From assembly GCA_963794325.1 (NCBI GenBank), contig CAWCDG010000002.1:512001-576000 (forward strand): DNA of 64,000 nucleotides, written 5' to 3'. Below the pieces are notes generated by a model. It worked only from the letters and a program-made list of their open reading frames with translations. It was not told the origin of the DNA and searched no databases. Each line of letters starts with the position of its first letter. Position 1 is the first letter of the stretch. The stretch comes from an uncultured delta proteobacterium (GTDB lineage: Bacteria; Desulfobacterota; Binatia; Binatales; Binataceae). Shown one piece after another: positions 51,064-60,895 of the stretch. Position numbers and translations under genes: made by a program.

Positions 51064-52293
51064 ATGATCGATTTTGAACTCGAACCACAAATTCTCAGCC
51101 GGCTGCAGATGTACCACGCCGTCTCGGAGCACATGATGCGGCCGATCTCGCGCGACTGCGACGAGCATGAGCACACCAAGCCCACGCAGTTTTACGATTC
51201 GATGTGGTCGGCATCAGCCGCCGCCGATATCCAGGTCGGCAACGACAAGAGCAAGAAGCCCGATGCCGCCGGAGCGCCACCGCGACGCGCCAACCTGTTG
51301 TCCGTCCTCAGCACCGAGGAACTGTGCTGGGGCGACGCCGGGCTGTACCTCTCGACCCCCAACTCGGGACTCGGCGGCGCAGCCGTCATGGCAGCGGGAA
51401 CGCCGGAACAGAAAGAGCGGTTTCTCAAGCGCTTCAAGGAAGGCAAGCCGAAGTGGGGCGCGATGGCGATCACCGAGCCGGGCTTCGGTTCCGATTCGTC
51501 GCAAGTCACGACCACCGCCGCGCGCGACGGCGACCATTGGGTGATCAACGGCACCAAGATTTTCTGCACCGCCGGCGAGATGGCGGCCCAGAAGTCCGAC
51601 GGCTTCGTCGTCGTGTGGGCGACGGTCGATAAGAGCGCGGGACGCCCCGGCATCAAGCCGTTCGTCGTCGAGCACAACACGCCCGGCATGACGGTGGCGC
51701 GAGTCGAGAACAAGCTCGGCATCCGCGCGTCAGATACGGCCGCGCTCATCTTCGACAACTGCCGGATTCCGCTGGACGCCCTGCTGGGCAGCGCCGAGGT
51801 TCGCAAGGAAGGCGGCTTCAAGGACGTGATGGCGACGTTCGACGCGACCCGTCCGATCGTCGCGGCGATGGCAATCGGAGTAGGGCGCGCCGCGCTCGAT
51901 TTCGTCCGCGACTTCCTCAAGGAACAGAACGTGCCGGTTCGCTACGGTATCTCGCCGCGGCGTCTGACCGCCATCGAGCGCGATTTCATGGAGATGGAAG
52001 TGCAACTGCAGGCCGCGCGATTGCTCACGTGGCGCGCCGCATGGATGCTCGATACCGGCAAGCGCAACAGCCTCGAAGCCTCGATGGCGAAGGCGAAAGC
52101 GGGCCTCGCGGTCACGCTGATCACGCAGAAAGCGGTCGAGCTACTCGGACCGCTGGGCTACTCGCGCAAAATCCTGGTCGAGAAATGGATGCGCGACGCG
52201 AAGATCAACGACATCTTCGAGGGCACCCAGCAGATCAACATGATAATTATCGCGCGTAGGATCCTGAACTACAGCAGCAAGGAACTGAATTGA
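51064..52293 (+). CDS. Acyl-CoA dehydrogenase
   Basis: AITEPGFGSD, NGTKIF, KLGIRASDT, DIFEGTQQI. Confidence 0.93.
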   Translation: MIDFELEPQILSRLQMYHAVSEHMMRPISRDCDEHEHTKPTQFYDSMWSASAAADIQVGNDKSKKPDAAGAPPRRANLLSVLSTEELCWGDAGLYLSTPNSGLGGAAVMAAGTPEQKERFLKRFKEGKPKWGAMAITEPGFGSDSSQVTTTAARDGDHWVINGTKIFCTAGEMAAQKSDGFVVVWATVDKSAGRPGIKPFVVEHNTPGMTVARVENKLGIRASDTAALIFDNCRIPLDALLGSAEVRKEGGFKDVMATFDATRPIVAAMAIGVGRAALDFVRDFLKEQNVPVRYGISPRRLTAIERDFMEMEVQLQAARLLTWRAAWMLDTGKRNSLEASMAKAKAGLAVTLITQKAVELLGPLGYSRKILVEKWMRDAKINDIFEGTQQINMIIIARRILNYSSKELN

Positions 52294-52331
52294 AATGCGG
52301 GGCGCGCAGCCCCGCGCTTAATTCGCGCTGC

Positions 52332-52916
52332 TTAGTAGAACCACTTGCCGTTGTCCCATCGGAAGATCTCCGTGGTGTGGGTATCGCTGACGGTCTTGCG
52401 CTCCGAGCGCCGAGCCTCGTCCTGTGACTTGCCCGCGATGTAGTACTCGAATTCCTCGTAGGTAATCTTGCCGATCGAGTAGCCGTCCTTCGATTGATGC
52501 GATTCGCAGGCCGCGATCTTGCCGTAGCCGGTGTAGGTCGCGGTCTCGTAGCCTTCCTTGGGAACGAATTTCAAGTTCGACAGATTGTTCGTCTCGCGGT
52601 CGTGCAGATCCTGCTCCCAGTGTTTGCAAAAATCCGGGAACAGCGCCGATGCTTTCCTGAATTCGATATCGCGCTTAATGCGGTCGGGTGTGAGGTCCGC
52701 GACCAGCGCTTTGACCTTCTGACCCAGCGTCTTCTTGTTCGCCGGTGATATGGCTGCGGCGGTAAGCGCCGTGCTATCGGGCGGCGATGCGGACGTCGTC
52801 GATGTGGCCTCGTTTGGAGGCCCCGATTGCGCGTACACCGGCGATGTTCCCATCAGCACGGCGAATGCGATTACACTGACAGCAGCCCCCGCCACTACAG
52901 TCCGTACAAAGTTCAT
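52332..52916 (-). CDS. Hypothetical secreted protein
   Basis: Signal peptide; C-terminal 'TTEIFRWDNGKWFY'. Confidence 0.75.
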   Translation of the reverse strand: MNFVRTVVAGAAVSVIAFAVLMGTSPVYAQSGPPNEATSTTSASPPDSTALTAAAISPANKKTLGQKVKALVADLTPDRIKRDIEFRKASALFPDFCKHWEQDLHDRETNNLSNLKFVPKEGYETATYTGYGKIAACESHQSKDGYSIGKITYEEFEYYIAGKSQDEARRSERKTVSDTHTTEIFRWDNGKWFY

Positions 52917-52976
52917 AGCGATGGTTTCTATAGCAGAAATGCATCCTGCCGTCAGCACCTCGAGAGGCGGATGTGG

Positions 52977-53013
52977 AAAAAAGCGGCCGCAGCCCGGTGA
53001 GGGACTGCGGCCG
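52977..53013 (-). terminator. Terminator after OmpA copy 3
   Basis: cggccgcag...ctgcggccg stem with U run on the minus strand; homologous to 53848-53890 and 54729-54768. Confidence 0.75.
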
Positions 53014-53040
53014 GTTAAGGACCCCTAGCTCTGGCTCGAC

Positions 53041-53718
53041 TTAATCGTTAGGCACCAGCTCGACGCGCCGGTTCTGAGCGCGACCCTCAGCCGTGTCGTT
53101 GGGGGCGACGAAGTCGGTCTTGCCGTAACCGTGCGGAATCAACTGGCTCGACGGGATTCCCGCCTTGGCCAGGTAATCCACGACCGCATCGGAACGCCGA
53201 TCGGACAGCTTGAGGTTGTACTCTTCGCCGCCGATAGCGTCGCAGTATCCGTTGACGTTGATCGTCACGTTCGGATTGGCCTTCAGAGTAGTCGCGGCCT
53301 CATCTAGAACTGCGGCGTCACCCGGACGGATCTTCGACTTGTTGAAATCGAAATGCACGCCACGCAGCACCAGCTTCTGCCTGACCGGAGGCGGCGGAGG
53401 CGGTGGCGGTGGGGGCGGCGGAGGAGGCGGTGGCGGAGGAGGCGGCGGTAGGGGCTTCGGCGCCAGCAGGTAGCCGGCGATTCCGCCGACGACCGCGCCA
53501 GTCAGCACTCCTATTCCGCATCCAAGACCAACCGTCTGTGCGTCATCCTCGTCACTTTCAAGACCGATTGCGCAGCCCGCGCCTCCGCCGATGAGCGCGC
53601 CGCCGGTGGCTCCGATTGCGGTGTACTCCTTCTGCTCAGGCGTCCATGACGAGCACGACGAGACCGTCAAAAGCACGACGGTCGCAAACACGCCTATCCA
53701 ACTTTTCCACTTATGCAC
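53041..53718 (-). CDS. OmpA family lipoprotein (glycine zipper, poly-Pro linker, OmpA_C)
   Basis: Lipobox VSSC; 21 consecutive Pro; VHFDFNKS, YNLKLSDRR, GRAQNRRVE. Confidence 0.93.
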   Translation of the reverse strand: MHKWKSWIGVFATVVLLTVSSCSSWTPEQKEYTAIGATGGALIGGGAGCAIGLESDEDDAQTVGLGCGIGVLTGAVVGGIAGYLLAPKPLPPPPPPPPPPPPPPPPPPPPPVRQKLVLRGVHFDFNKSKIRPGDAAVLDEAATTLKANPNVTINVNGYCDAIGGEEYNLKLSDRRSDAVVDYLAKAGIPSSQLIPHGYGKTDFVAPNDTAEGRAQNRRVELVPND

Positions 53719-53847
53719 TAGGTAACCCTCCCTGGGTTTCTGATCCTGCCGCTAACGAACTTCGTGAATTCTGCCATTTTCCGCGAGTCAGGTCCATTCG
53801 GGATGAGAATCCGCCCAATAGCGTGAATTCCGTAATGGTTCGTTTAC

Positions 53848-53890
53848 AAAAGAACGGGCCGCAGCCCGTTTGAGGGACTGCGGCCCCGTT
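53848..53890 (-). terminator. Terminator after OmpA copy 2
   Basis: Same hairpin family. Confidence 0.75.
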
Positions 53891-53918
53891 GCCAAACGTT
53901 TCAGTCTCGGCCGGGCCT

Positions 53919-54587
53919 CTAGTCGTTAGGCACCAGCTCAACCCGCCGGTTCTGAGCGCGACCCTCAGCCGTGTCGTTGGGGGCGACGAAGTCGGTCTTG
54001 CCGTAACCGTGCGGAATCAACTGGCTCGACGGGATTCCCGCCTTGGCCAGGTAATCCACGACCGCATCGGAACGCCGATCGGACAGCTTGAGGTTGTACT
54101 CTTCGCCGCCGATAGCGTCGCAGTATCCGTTGACGTTGATCGTCACGTTCGGATTGGCCTTCAGAGTGGTTGCGGCCTCATCCAGAACTGCTGCGTCACC
54201 CGGACGAATCTTCGACTTGTTGAAATCGAAATGCACGCCACGCAGCACCAGCTTCTGCCTGACCGGTGGGGGCGGTGGTGGAGGCGGCGGCGGTGGAGGA
54301 GGAGGTGGCGGCGGAGGCGGTGCCGGTTTCGGCGCCAGCAAGTAGCCGTTAACTGCGCCGATCAGAGCGCCGACGACGACGCCAGTCGGGCATCCGATTT
54401 CATAGCTCTCCTTCGAGCCGCTTACGCCCGCGGCGATTCCACATCCCAGGCCACCGCCAATCAGCGCTCCAGCGGCGGCTCCCCCTGCGGTATATTCCCT
54501 TTGCGCGGGCGTCCATGACGCGCATGACGATACCGTCAGTAGTACGACGGTCGCTCCCGCGCCAATCCAAGTTTTCCAGCTAGTCAC
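53919..54587 (-). CDS. OmpA family lipoprotein
   Basis: Same architecture; 19 consecutive Pro; OmpA domain identical in protein sequence to that of 53041-53718. Confidence 0.93.
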   Translation of the reverse strand: MTSWKTWIGAGATVVLLTVSSCASWTPAQREYTAGGAAAGALIGGGLGCGIAAGVSGSKESYEIGCPTGVVVGALIGAVNGYLLAPKPAPPPPPPPPPPPPPPPPPPPVRQKLVLRGVHFDFNKSKIRPGDAAVLDEAATTLKANPNVTINVNGYCDAIGGEEYNLKLSDRRSDAVVDYLAKAGIPSSQLIPHGYGKTDFVAPNDTAEGRAQNRRVELVPND

Positions 54588-54728
54588 TAGTACCCCTCCA
54601 TAAAGTTTGAGCTATTCCGGAATCAAGTCTCAGCAATTCTGCCTTTTTTTGGAAGCTGGGTCTATTGGAAGTCGAATGCATCCTGAACAGCAGGATTCGT
54701 AACAGTTCCGCAACAAGAGAATCGATAC

Positions 54729-54768
54729 AAAAAGGCGGCCGCAGCCCGTTTAAGGGGCTGCGGCCGCC
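54729..54768 (-). terminator. Terminator after OmpA copy 1
   Basis: ggcggccgcagccc/gggctgcggccgcc stem with U run. Confidence 0.78.
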
Positions 54769-54795
54769 GGCGGACAATCTCAGTCGCGGTCCGAT

Positions 54796-55512
54796 CTACT
54801 CATTCGGTACCAGTTCGACGCGGCGGTTCTGAGCGCGACCCTCAGCCGTGTCGTTGGTGGCAACGAAGTCGGTCTTGCCGTAGCCGTGCGGAATCAACTG
54901 ACTCGACGGAATACCCGCCTTCACCAGGTAATCCACGACGGCGTCCGAACGCCGATCGGACAGCTTGAGGTTGTACTCCTCGCCACCGATCGCGTCGCAA
55001 TAGCCGTTGACGTTGATCGTCACGTTCGGATTGGCCTTCAGAGTCGTCGCGGCCTCATCCAGAACTGCGGCGTCACCCGGACGGATCTTCGACTTGTTGA
55101 AATCGAAATGCACCCCGCGTAGCACCAGCTTCTCCTTGACCGGCGGCGGCGGAGGAGGCGGTGGAGGCGGCGGCGGTGGAGGTGGCGGAGCCGGCGGAGG
55201 CGGCGGCGGAATCACCTCATCACATAGGTAATGGCCAGCCAACGTGCCGACCAGGGCACCGGCAGCTGCTCCACCCAGACCGCCCCAAGCTCGGGCGTCA
55301 TGGTTACTGGATCTGTTATCGCTGGTGGCGTTGTCGACGATGACAATGCCAGAGGCTGCACCGATGCCTGCGCCTAGCAACCCTCCGATGAGCGCGCAGG
55401 ATCCCCAATGGCGCGGCTGCTGCAAATATGCGCAACCGCTCACGCCGGATGCGAGCAATGCTAAACCCGCGATGCCGGCTACTGCATTTAGAAGCCTGGA
55501 TTTCAGTCTCAT
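54796..55512 (-). CDS. OmpA family lipoprotein
   Basis: Lipobox VSGC, glycine zipper, poly-Pro, OmpA_C; GAGGAG RBS. Confidence 0.93.
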   Translation of the reverse strand: MRLKSRLLNAVAGIAGLALLASGVSGCAYLQQPRHWGSCALIGGLLGAGIGAASGIVIVDNATSDNRSSNHDARAWGGLGGAAAGALVGTLAGHYLCDEVIPPPPPPAPPPPPPPPPPPPPPPPVKEKLVLRGVHFDFNKSKIRPGDAAVLDEAATTLKANPNVTINVNGYCDAIGGEEYNLKLSDRRSDAVVDYLVKAGIPSSQLIPHGYGKTDFVATNDTAEGRAQNRRVELVPNE

Positions 55513-55827
55513 GAACTCCTCCTCACCCAAGTGCGTCTATGCGCGAGGCGTACTCCTCACTTGGCCCCCGAGCCTAGATCATGTCCAAACGCCTGCTACC
55601 CACCCAATTGACGGGGAAATATAGTTATATTTGTAACAAGAATGCAACACGTCCCGGCTGAAATCGGTGAGATTTTTTGCGGGTTCATCGGGGGTTCCTC
55701 CGCCGAATCCCGGCCTAACCTGTGGATAACTGTCGGTTAATTGCCCCGGTTATGCGGTCAGGCACGACTAATAAAGACGCGCCGGACTTGCATGGAGGCA
55801 CAGTCCGGCGCGGTCCTGAGAGTCGAT

Positions 55828-56418
55828 TTAGTGGTGGTCGTGGCCCGGTCCGCCGGATCCGTGGTGCTCCTTCTCCACTTCGTGCTTTTCCACTTCGTGC
55901 TTGTGCTCTTCGGCAGCGATCGGATGCTCGTACGGATGCTTGTACCAATCCGGATGATGCGCATTTACCCAATCGGGGTGATGATCGTTCCACCAGCTGC
56001 GATCGTGCCATTCGTGATGTTCGTCGAAGTCGCCGTCGGCATCACGTTTCCAATCAGGATGAGCCTCGGCCCATTCGGGATGGTTCTTGTACATCCAACC
56101 GGGATCGTTCTGATGCCACCAGTCAGACTCGTGCCACGCATGGTCGGGTCCGTACGCGCCATATCGGTTGCTGCCCTCGAGCTTTCCCCAGGTGTTGGGG
56201 TGTTGCTGCATGAACGATTCGAGGTCAGGATGCCGTTCCCGCCATGCCTTGTTGTAAATCAGGTTGGGATTGTGCTGGAGCTGGTTCCTCAAGTCGGGAC
56301 GTGAATCAATAAAGTGGTCCAGGCGCTCTTCGTGGTAGAACTGGGCCGCCGAAATCGACGGCATCGCCATCGCGAAGATAACGACAGCGAGGGCCAGCGT
56401 GCTTCTGAGATGCTTCAT
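55828..56418 (-). CDS. Secreted His/Trp/Asp-rich repeat protein
   Basis: Signal peptide; repeated HP(D/E/N)(W/L) and WHDxxWW units; His-rich tail; AGGAG RBS. Confidence 0.75.
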   Translation of the reverse strand: MKHLRSTLALAVVIFAMAMPSISAAQFYHEERLDHFIDSRPDLRNQLQHNPNLIYNKAWRERHPDLESFMQQHPNTWGKLEGSNRYGAYGPDHAWHESDWWHQNDPGWMYKNHPEWAEAHPDWKRDADGDFDEHHEWHDRSWWNDHHPDWVNAHHPDWYKHPYEHPIAAEEHKHEVEKHEVEKEHHGSGGPGHDHH

Positions 56419-56457
56419 ATGTGATTTCTCCTGAGATTCGAACAGTTGGTATCGGGG

Positions 56458-56473
56458 AGCAATCGATATGCCA
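56458..56473 (-). promoter_or_regulatory. Putative sigma54 promoter
   Basis: TGGCATATCGATTGCT, near consensus, 40 bp upstream of the start. Confidence 0.7.
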
Positions 56474-56673
56474 CGTTTCACTAGCGGCGAATCCTAGCAA
56501 ATCTGCGGGATGCATACCTATCCTCTCCCGCGTCAGGGTTCGCGTCTCCCGAAAAGGTGCATGAGCCGCCAGATTTCGGTTAAGAGGCGGTGTCAGCGGT
56601 TGTCCTGAGCGACCGCAAGGCGCGGCGGCCAATTCCGCGAAAAGCGGAACCCTGCTACACTGGATTTTTCATC

Positions 56674-58854
56674 ATGCTTTCATTGGCGCGCGGTAAAGAG
56701 GGAAGTTTCAAGCTGGTCTCGGGCTACAAGCCTGAGGGCGACCAGCCGGCTGCGATCGAATCGATCGTCGCCAATCTCAACGACAAAGTGCCGCATCAGG
56801 TGCTGCTCGGCGTCACCGGCTCGGGCAAGACGTTCACGATGGCCAACGTGATCGCGCGCGTGAATCGGCCGACGCTCGTAATGGCGCCGAACAAGACGCT
56901 CGCCGCGCAGCTTTACAACGAGTTCAAGAGCCTGTTCCCGGAAAACGCGGTCCGTTACTTCGTCTCGTACTACGACTACTACCAGCCCGAAGCATACGTG
57001 CCTTCGACCGACACGTTTATCGAGAAAGACGCGAGCATCAACGACGAGATCGACAAGCTGCGCCATTCCGCGACCAAGGCGCTGCTCGAGCGCAACGACG
57101 TGCTGATAGTGGCGTCGGTCTCGTGCATCTACGGCCTGGGCGAGCCCGAAGTGTACTTCGAGATGCTGGTGTTCCTCGAAGAGGGGCAGACTATCGACCG
57201 CGACAAGATGCTGCGCAAGCTGGTCGATATCCAGTATCAGCGGAACGATTACGATTTTCATCGCGGGACGTTTCGGGTGCGCGGCGACACCGTCGAGATT
57301 TTCCCGGCGTACGAAGAGCAGCGTGCGGTGCGGGTCGAGTTTTTCGGCGACCAGGTCGAGGCGATGTACGAAATCGACGCGCTGCGCGGCAAGGTCATTC
57401 GCAAGCTGCAGAGCATCGCGATCTATCCGGCGTCGCATTACGTGACCACCTCCGATCGGATGGAAATCGCGGTGCGCAATATCCGCACCGAGCTGAAGGA
57501 GCGCCTCGAGTTTTTTCGCACCGAGAATCGGCTGCTGGAAGCGCAGCGCCTCGAGCAGCGCACGATGTACGACCTCGAGCTGCTGGCCGAGATGGGCTTC
57601 TGCCCCGGAATCGAGAACTACTCGCGTCATCTGACGGGCCGGCTCCCCGGACAGGCGCCGCCGACCCTGCTCGATTACTTCCCGAACAATTCGCTGTTCT
57701 TCATCGACGAGAGCCACGTGACGATTCCACAAATCGGCGGGATGTATCGAGGCGACCGCTCGCGCAAATCAGTGCTGGTCGATTTCGGATTCCGGCTGCC
57801 GTCCGCACTCGACAATCGGCCCTTGAATTTCGAGGAATGGGAATCGCATGTCGTGCAGGCGGTTTACGTTTCAGCGACACCCAGCGACTACGAGCAGCAG
57901 AAATCGTCGGGGCTTATCGTCGAGCAGTTGATTCGGCCGACCGGACTTATCGATCCACAGATCGAAGTGCGCAAGGCGGGCACGCAGGTCGACGACCTGC
58001 TCGAGGAGATTCACAAACGCGTCGCAGTGAACGAGCGCGTGCTGGTCACCTGTCTCACCAAGAAAATGGCTGAGGACTTGACCGACTACTACCACGACCT
58101 CGGCATCCGCGTGCGCTACCTGCATTCGGACATCGAGACAATCGAGCGCGTCGAGATTATCCGCAGCCTGCGCAAGGGGGACTTCGACGTGCTGGTCGGA
58201 ATCAACCTGCTGCGCGAAGGCCTTGACCTGCCCGAAGTGTCGCTGGTCGCGATTCTCGATGCTGATAAGGAAGGCTTCCTGCGTTCAGCGCGCTCGCTGA
58301 TCCAGACGACGGGCCGAGCCGCGCGCCATATCAACGGCCGCGTCATCATGTATGCGGACACGATCACCAAATCGATGGAACAGGCGATCGGCGAGACCAA
58401 CCGCAGGCGTGCAAAACAGGTCGCCTACAACGAGCAGCACGGCATCACGCCCACCTCGATCATAAAGGCGATCGACGCATCGCTGGTCGAGATGTACTCG
58501 CCGGAATGGGCGGTGGTGCCGGAAATCGGCGACGACAAGCACGAGGAAGAGTTCATTCCGGCGCACGAGCTGCCCGATCGAATCACCGCACTTCGCCATC
58601 AGATGATGGAGGCCGCAGAGAAACTCGACTACGAACGCGCCGCCGACCTGCGCGATCAGATCAAGAAGTTGGAGCGTCACGCATTCGGAATGGATCAGCC
58701 ACGCCATCCAGTGCAGCCGTCACAACCACCCGGCTCAGCGCATCAGCCGCGGTACGAAGGCCAAAGAAAGATACCGCCGAGAAAGGTATCCCGACGAAAA
58801 CCCGCGGCCGCCGCGGCGCAGGCGCAGCAACGGGCGCCGCAGCCGGCGCGATAG
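56674..58854 (+). CDS. uvrB: Excinuclease ABC subunit B
   Basis: [42 protein letters not shown] domain; tail may shift into the frame ending at 58904. Confidence 0.97.
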   Translation: MLSLARGKEGSFKLVSGYKPEGDQPAAIESIVANLNDKVPHQVLLGVTGSGKTFTMANVIARVNRPTLVMAPNKTLAAQLYNEFKSLFPENAVRYFVSYYDYYQPEAYVPSTDTFIEKDASINDEIDKLRHSATKALLERNDVLIVASVSCIYGLGEPEVYFEMLVFLEEGQTIDRDKMLRKLVDIQYQRNDYDFHRGTFRVRGDTVEIFPAYEEQRAVRVEFFGDQVEAMYEIDALRGKVIRKLQSIAIYPASHYVTTSDRMEIAVRNIRTELKERLEFFRTENRLLEAQRLEQRTMYDLELLAEMGFCPGIENYSRHLTGRLPGQAPPTLLDYFPNNSLFFIDESHVTIPQIGGMYRGDRSRKSVLVDFGFRLPSALDNRPLNFEEWESHVVQAVYVSATPSDYEQQKSSGLIVEQLIRPTGLIDPQIEVRKAGTQVDDLLEEIHKRVAVNERVLVTCLTKKMAEDLTDYYHDLGIRVRYLHSDIETIERVEIIRSLRKGDFDVLVGINLLREGLDLPEVSLVAILDADKEGFLRSARSLIQTTGRAARHINGRVIMYADTITKSMEQAIGETNRRRAKQVAYNEQHGITPTSIIKAIDASLVEMYSPEWAVVPEIGDDKHEEEFIPAHELPDRITALRHQMMEAAEKLDYERAADLRDQIKKLERHAFGMDQPRHPVQPSQPPGSAHQPRYEGQRKIPPRKVSRRKPAAAAAQAQQRAPQPAR

Positions 58855-58928
58855 GTCCAACCAAACAAACCAAGCTCAAGCTGATCCCGGACGCGCCGAA
58901 GTAAGGGAAGGGAACACTTGATTGAATG

Positions 58929-58980
58929 TGAAACCCTCCGCGGGTTTCACGCTTCCGCGGCAGGGGTGACCCCTGCACCC
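58929..58980. repeat. Double-hairpin repeat, family B copy 2
   Basis: tgaaaccc-tccgc-gggtttca ... gcagggg-tga-cccctgc. Confidence 0.8.
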
Positions 58981-58991
58981 AATATTTATAA

Positions 58992-59037
58992 ATCCGGTTC
59001 CCCTTCCCGCTCGGGAAGGGGTTAGGGGTTAGGTTCT
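58992..59037. repeat. REP-like element, family A copy 2 (inverted relative to copy 1)
   Basis: Reverse complement of 3951-3996 with one mismatch. Confidence 0.85.
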
Positions 59038-59100
59038 TCGCGCGTGCGCACGCCTCCGGTTCCGCGACTCAAGATGCAAGCGAGCAACGTCGCGCTCGAT

Positions 59101-60192
59101 TTATTTGATCGCCGGGCCGAACCTGATCGGACCGGGAATGAACAAGTTCGTCTTCCTGCCATTCTGGCCGATGATCACTGCCGGATCGAGATTTCCACCC
59201 ATGGTTAATTGGGTCTCGCTGAATTCGACGAGTTGGTCTCCCACCTTACCGGAGCCACAGTCGTCGGTTCCTACCGATACCCAGAGATCACCCGAATGGT
59301 CGAAATCGATTCCACCGATGCAATCGTACGAGGAACCGAATGCAGCCGATGTAATGATAACAGCCGCCTGAGGAGAGATTTGTCCCGAACCGCTGAGATC
59401 GCTCGCTGCGATCATCTCGATCTCATCGCTGTTGGAGGCTGTGCCTGCTAACCACATATTCCCTGCATCATCGAAGGCGAAATCAACAGGGTCCAGCATT
59501 TCGGGCAGATTCACGGTCAGACTCGGATTCGGTGCGCTAACTGCACGATCGCTTGGGGTGAACCGCCAGATCATCGGACGCGAGGGATCGAAAGGCAGCG
59601 GGAACTCGACCACCCAGAGGTTGTCGGATCTGTCGAAACGCAACTTCGTGGGGCTGGCGACTTGCGAGGCGATAGATACGGCGGTGCTTTGTGTGCTGGT
59701 CTTTTTTAGCTGATCGGCAAGAAGCTCAACGACTCGCCTTCCATCGTCGACGACCCAAAGATTTCCCTTCGGGTCAAAGTCTATACTCACGGGTATTACG
59801 AACTGATCGGTCTGACCTCCACTGATCGTGATGAGCTTAGCCTTTGCGCGCCCACGGCTTGCGAGCGCGGCGAGATCGCCCTTAGTGATATCGAGCGCTG
59901 GTGGGGGGAGATTATTGTTGATGCTATAGAATACGGCCCAGAGGTCCCCGTGCCGATCGAAGGCGATTGAAAATGGTCCGTTGTAAACTTGGCTCCCGAA
60001 GGCAACGCGGGCCTTAGGTGTGCCGCTTTTCAAAAGCGCGTTTCCCTGGAATTCCGAGAAGTATTTGTATCCGCCAACCCACAATCCCTGCGCGTCCGAT
60101 GGAGGTTTGGCCGCCGCGATTTGAATCGTGCAGGCAATTGACCAGATCGCAGCGAGGACTAACGAGCCAATCGTGGTGCGCTTTTGTAGAAT
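59101..60192 (-). CDS. Secreted beta-propeller (Vgb/NHL-like) protein
   Basis: Repeated PxxxxFDxxGNLWV; an in-frame signal peptide extends upstream of 60084 to about 60192; start uncertain. Confidence 0.7.
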   Translation of the reverse strand: MLQKRTTIGSLVLAAIWSIACTIQIAAAKPPSDAQGLWVGGYKYFSEFQGNALLKSGTPKARVAFGSQVYNGPFSIAFDRHGDLWAVFYSINNNLPPPALDITKGDLAALASRGRAKAKLITISGGQTDQFVIPVSIDFDPKGNLWVVDDGRRVVELLADQLKKTSTQSTAVSIASQVASPTKLRFDRSDNLWVVEFPLPFDPSRPMIWRFTPSDRAVSAPNPSLTVNLPEMLDPVDFAFDDAGNMWLAGTASNSDEIEMIAASDLSGSGQISPQAAVIITSAAFGSSYDCIGGIDFDHSGDLWVSVGTDDCGSGKVGDQLVEFSETQLTMGGNLDPAVIIGQNGRKTNLFIPGPIRFGPAIK

Positions 60193-60375
60193 GTTCCCGA
60201 CCCCCCTAAATGACCGCTGCGTTGGATGCTAGTTCATACGCGCGGCCAACTGCCAGTCCAGCGAAGGAAGGCGCGAAGGTTTCTCACCATTTGCCAAGGT
60301 AATTGTTTCCGAGAACACAACCAGCCTTCGCGAAAAACCTTAATCGAGGAGCGAAAAACCCTGATATTCATTGGA

Positions 60376-60391
60376 TGGAACAGTTATTGCT
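60376..60391 (+). promoter_or_regulatory. Putative sigma54 promoter
   Basis: TGGAACAGTTATTGCT upstream of 60422. Confidence 0.6.
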
Positions 60392-60421
60392 GCTCCCTTG
60401 GTAGAGCCAAGGAGGCTGCAT

Positions 60422-60808
60422 ATGAAAATTTTAAACGGAAAAATTGTTGTTGGCGCGGCGCTGGCGATTTCTCTTGGCGCTTTTACTATTCCAGCGGGCG
60501 CGTCGGTGCCACCGATGAATACTGGCAACACCGTGATCAGACCGGTCGCCGGTATCCAGATCGCGCAGGTCGCGCGAGATATCGATCAGAAAACCGACGA
60601 GGTTCGCGATGGCACTGAAGGCGCAGTGAACGCCGTCGACGCCGCGCATCGCCGGCACGAGGCCACCGAGTACCGGCATCGCACGATCGGCAGCAAGATC
60701 GACAGCAAGGTGCACGAGATGAAGAGCGAGGCCCGAGGCGCTGGAAACGCGGTCGAGCGCGCGCATGAGCGGCATGAAGCGGTCGAGCAGTCGGAAGGTC
60801 GCGACTAG
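60422..60808 (+). CDS. Hypothetical secreted hydrophilic protein with internal duplication
   Basis: AAGGAGG RBS; signal peptide; two GAxNAVxxAHxRHEA repeats. Confidence 0.75.
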   Translation: MKILNGKIVVGAALAISLGAFTIPAGASVPPMNTGNTVIRPVAGIQIAQVARDIDQKTDEVRDGTEGAVNAVDAAHRRHEATEYRHRTIGSKIDSKVHEMKSEARGAGNAVERAHERHEAVEQSEGRD

Positions 60809-60841
60809 TCAGATCGATCGACGACAGTTCGAAAAATAAAG

Positions 60842-60871
60842 AGGGCCGCCAAAATCTGGCGGCCCTTTTTT
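60842..60871. terminator. Bidirectional terminator
   Basis: agggccgcca/tggcggccct stem with flanking A and T runs. Confidence 0.8.
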
Positions 60872-60895
60872 GTGTCTCGCCTTTCGCGATCAGGG

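Noticed and set aside
53385-53450. (NGG)n trinucleotide-like repeat, also at ~54264-54320 and ~55141-55210
   Set aside because: It is poly-proline coding sequence with mixed codons, not a slippage microsatellite.
55721-55729. Perfect DnaA box (TTATCCACA, minus strand), with a near match at 61426-61434
   Set aside because: Isolated sites with no box cluster, AT-rich unwinding element or dnaA/dnaN nearby, so not oriC. A regulatory role cannot be supported.
59018-59034. Telomere-like TTAGGG repeats
   Set aside because: Only about two units, embedded in a REP-like element of a bacterial chromosome.
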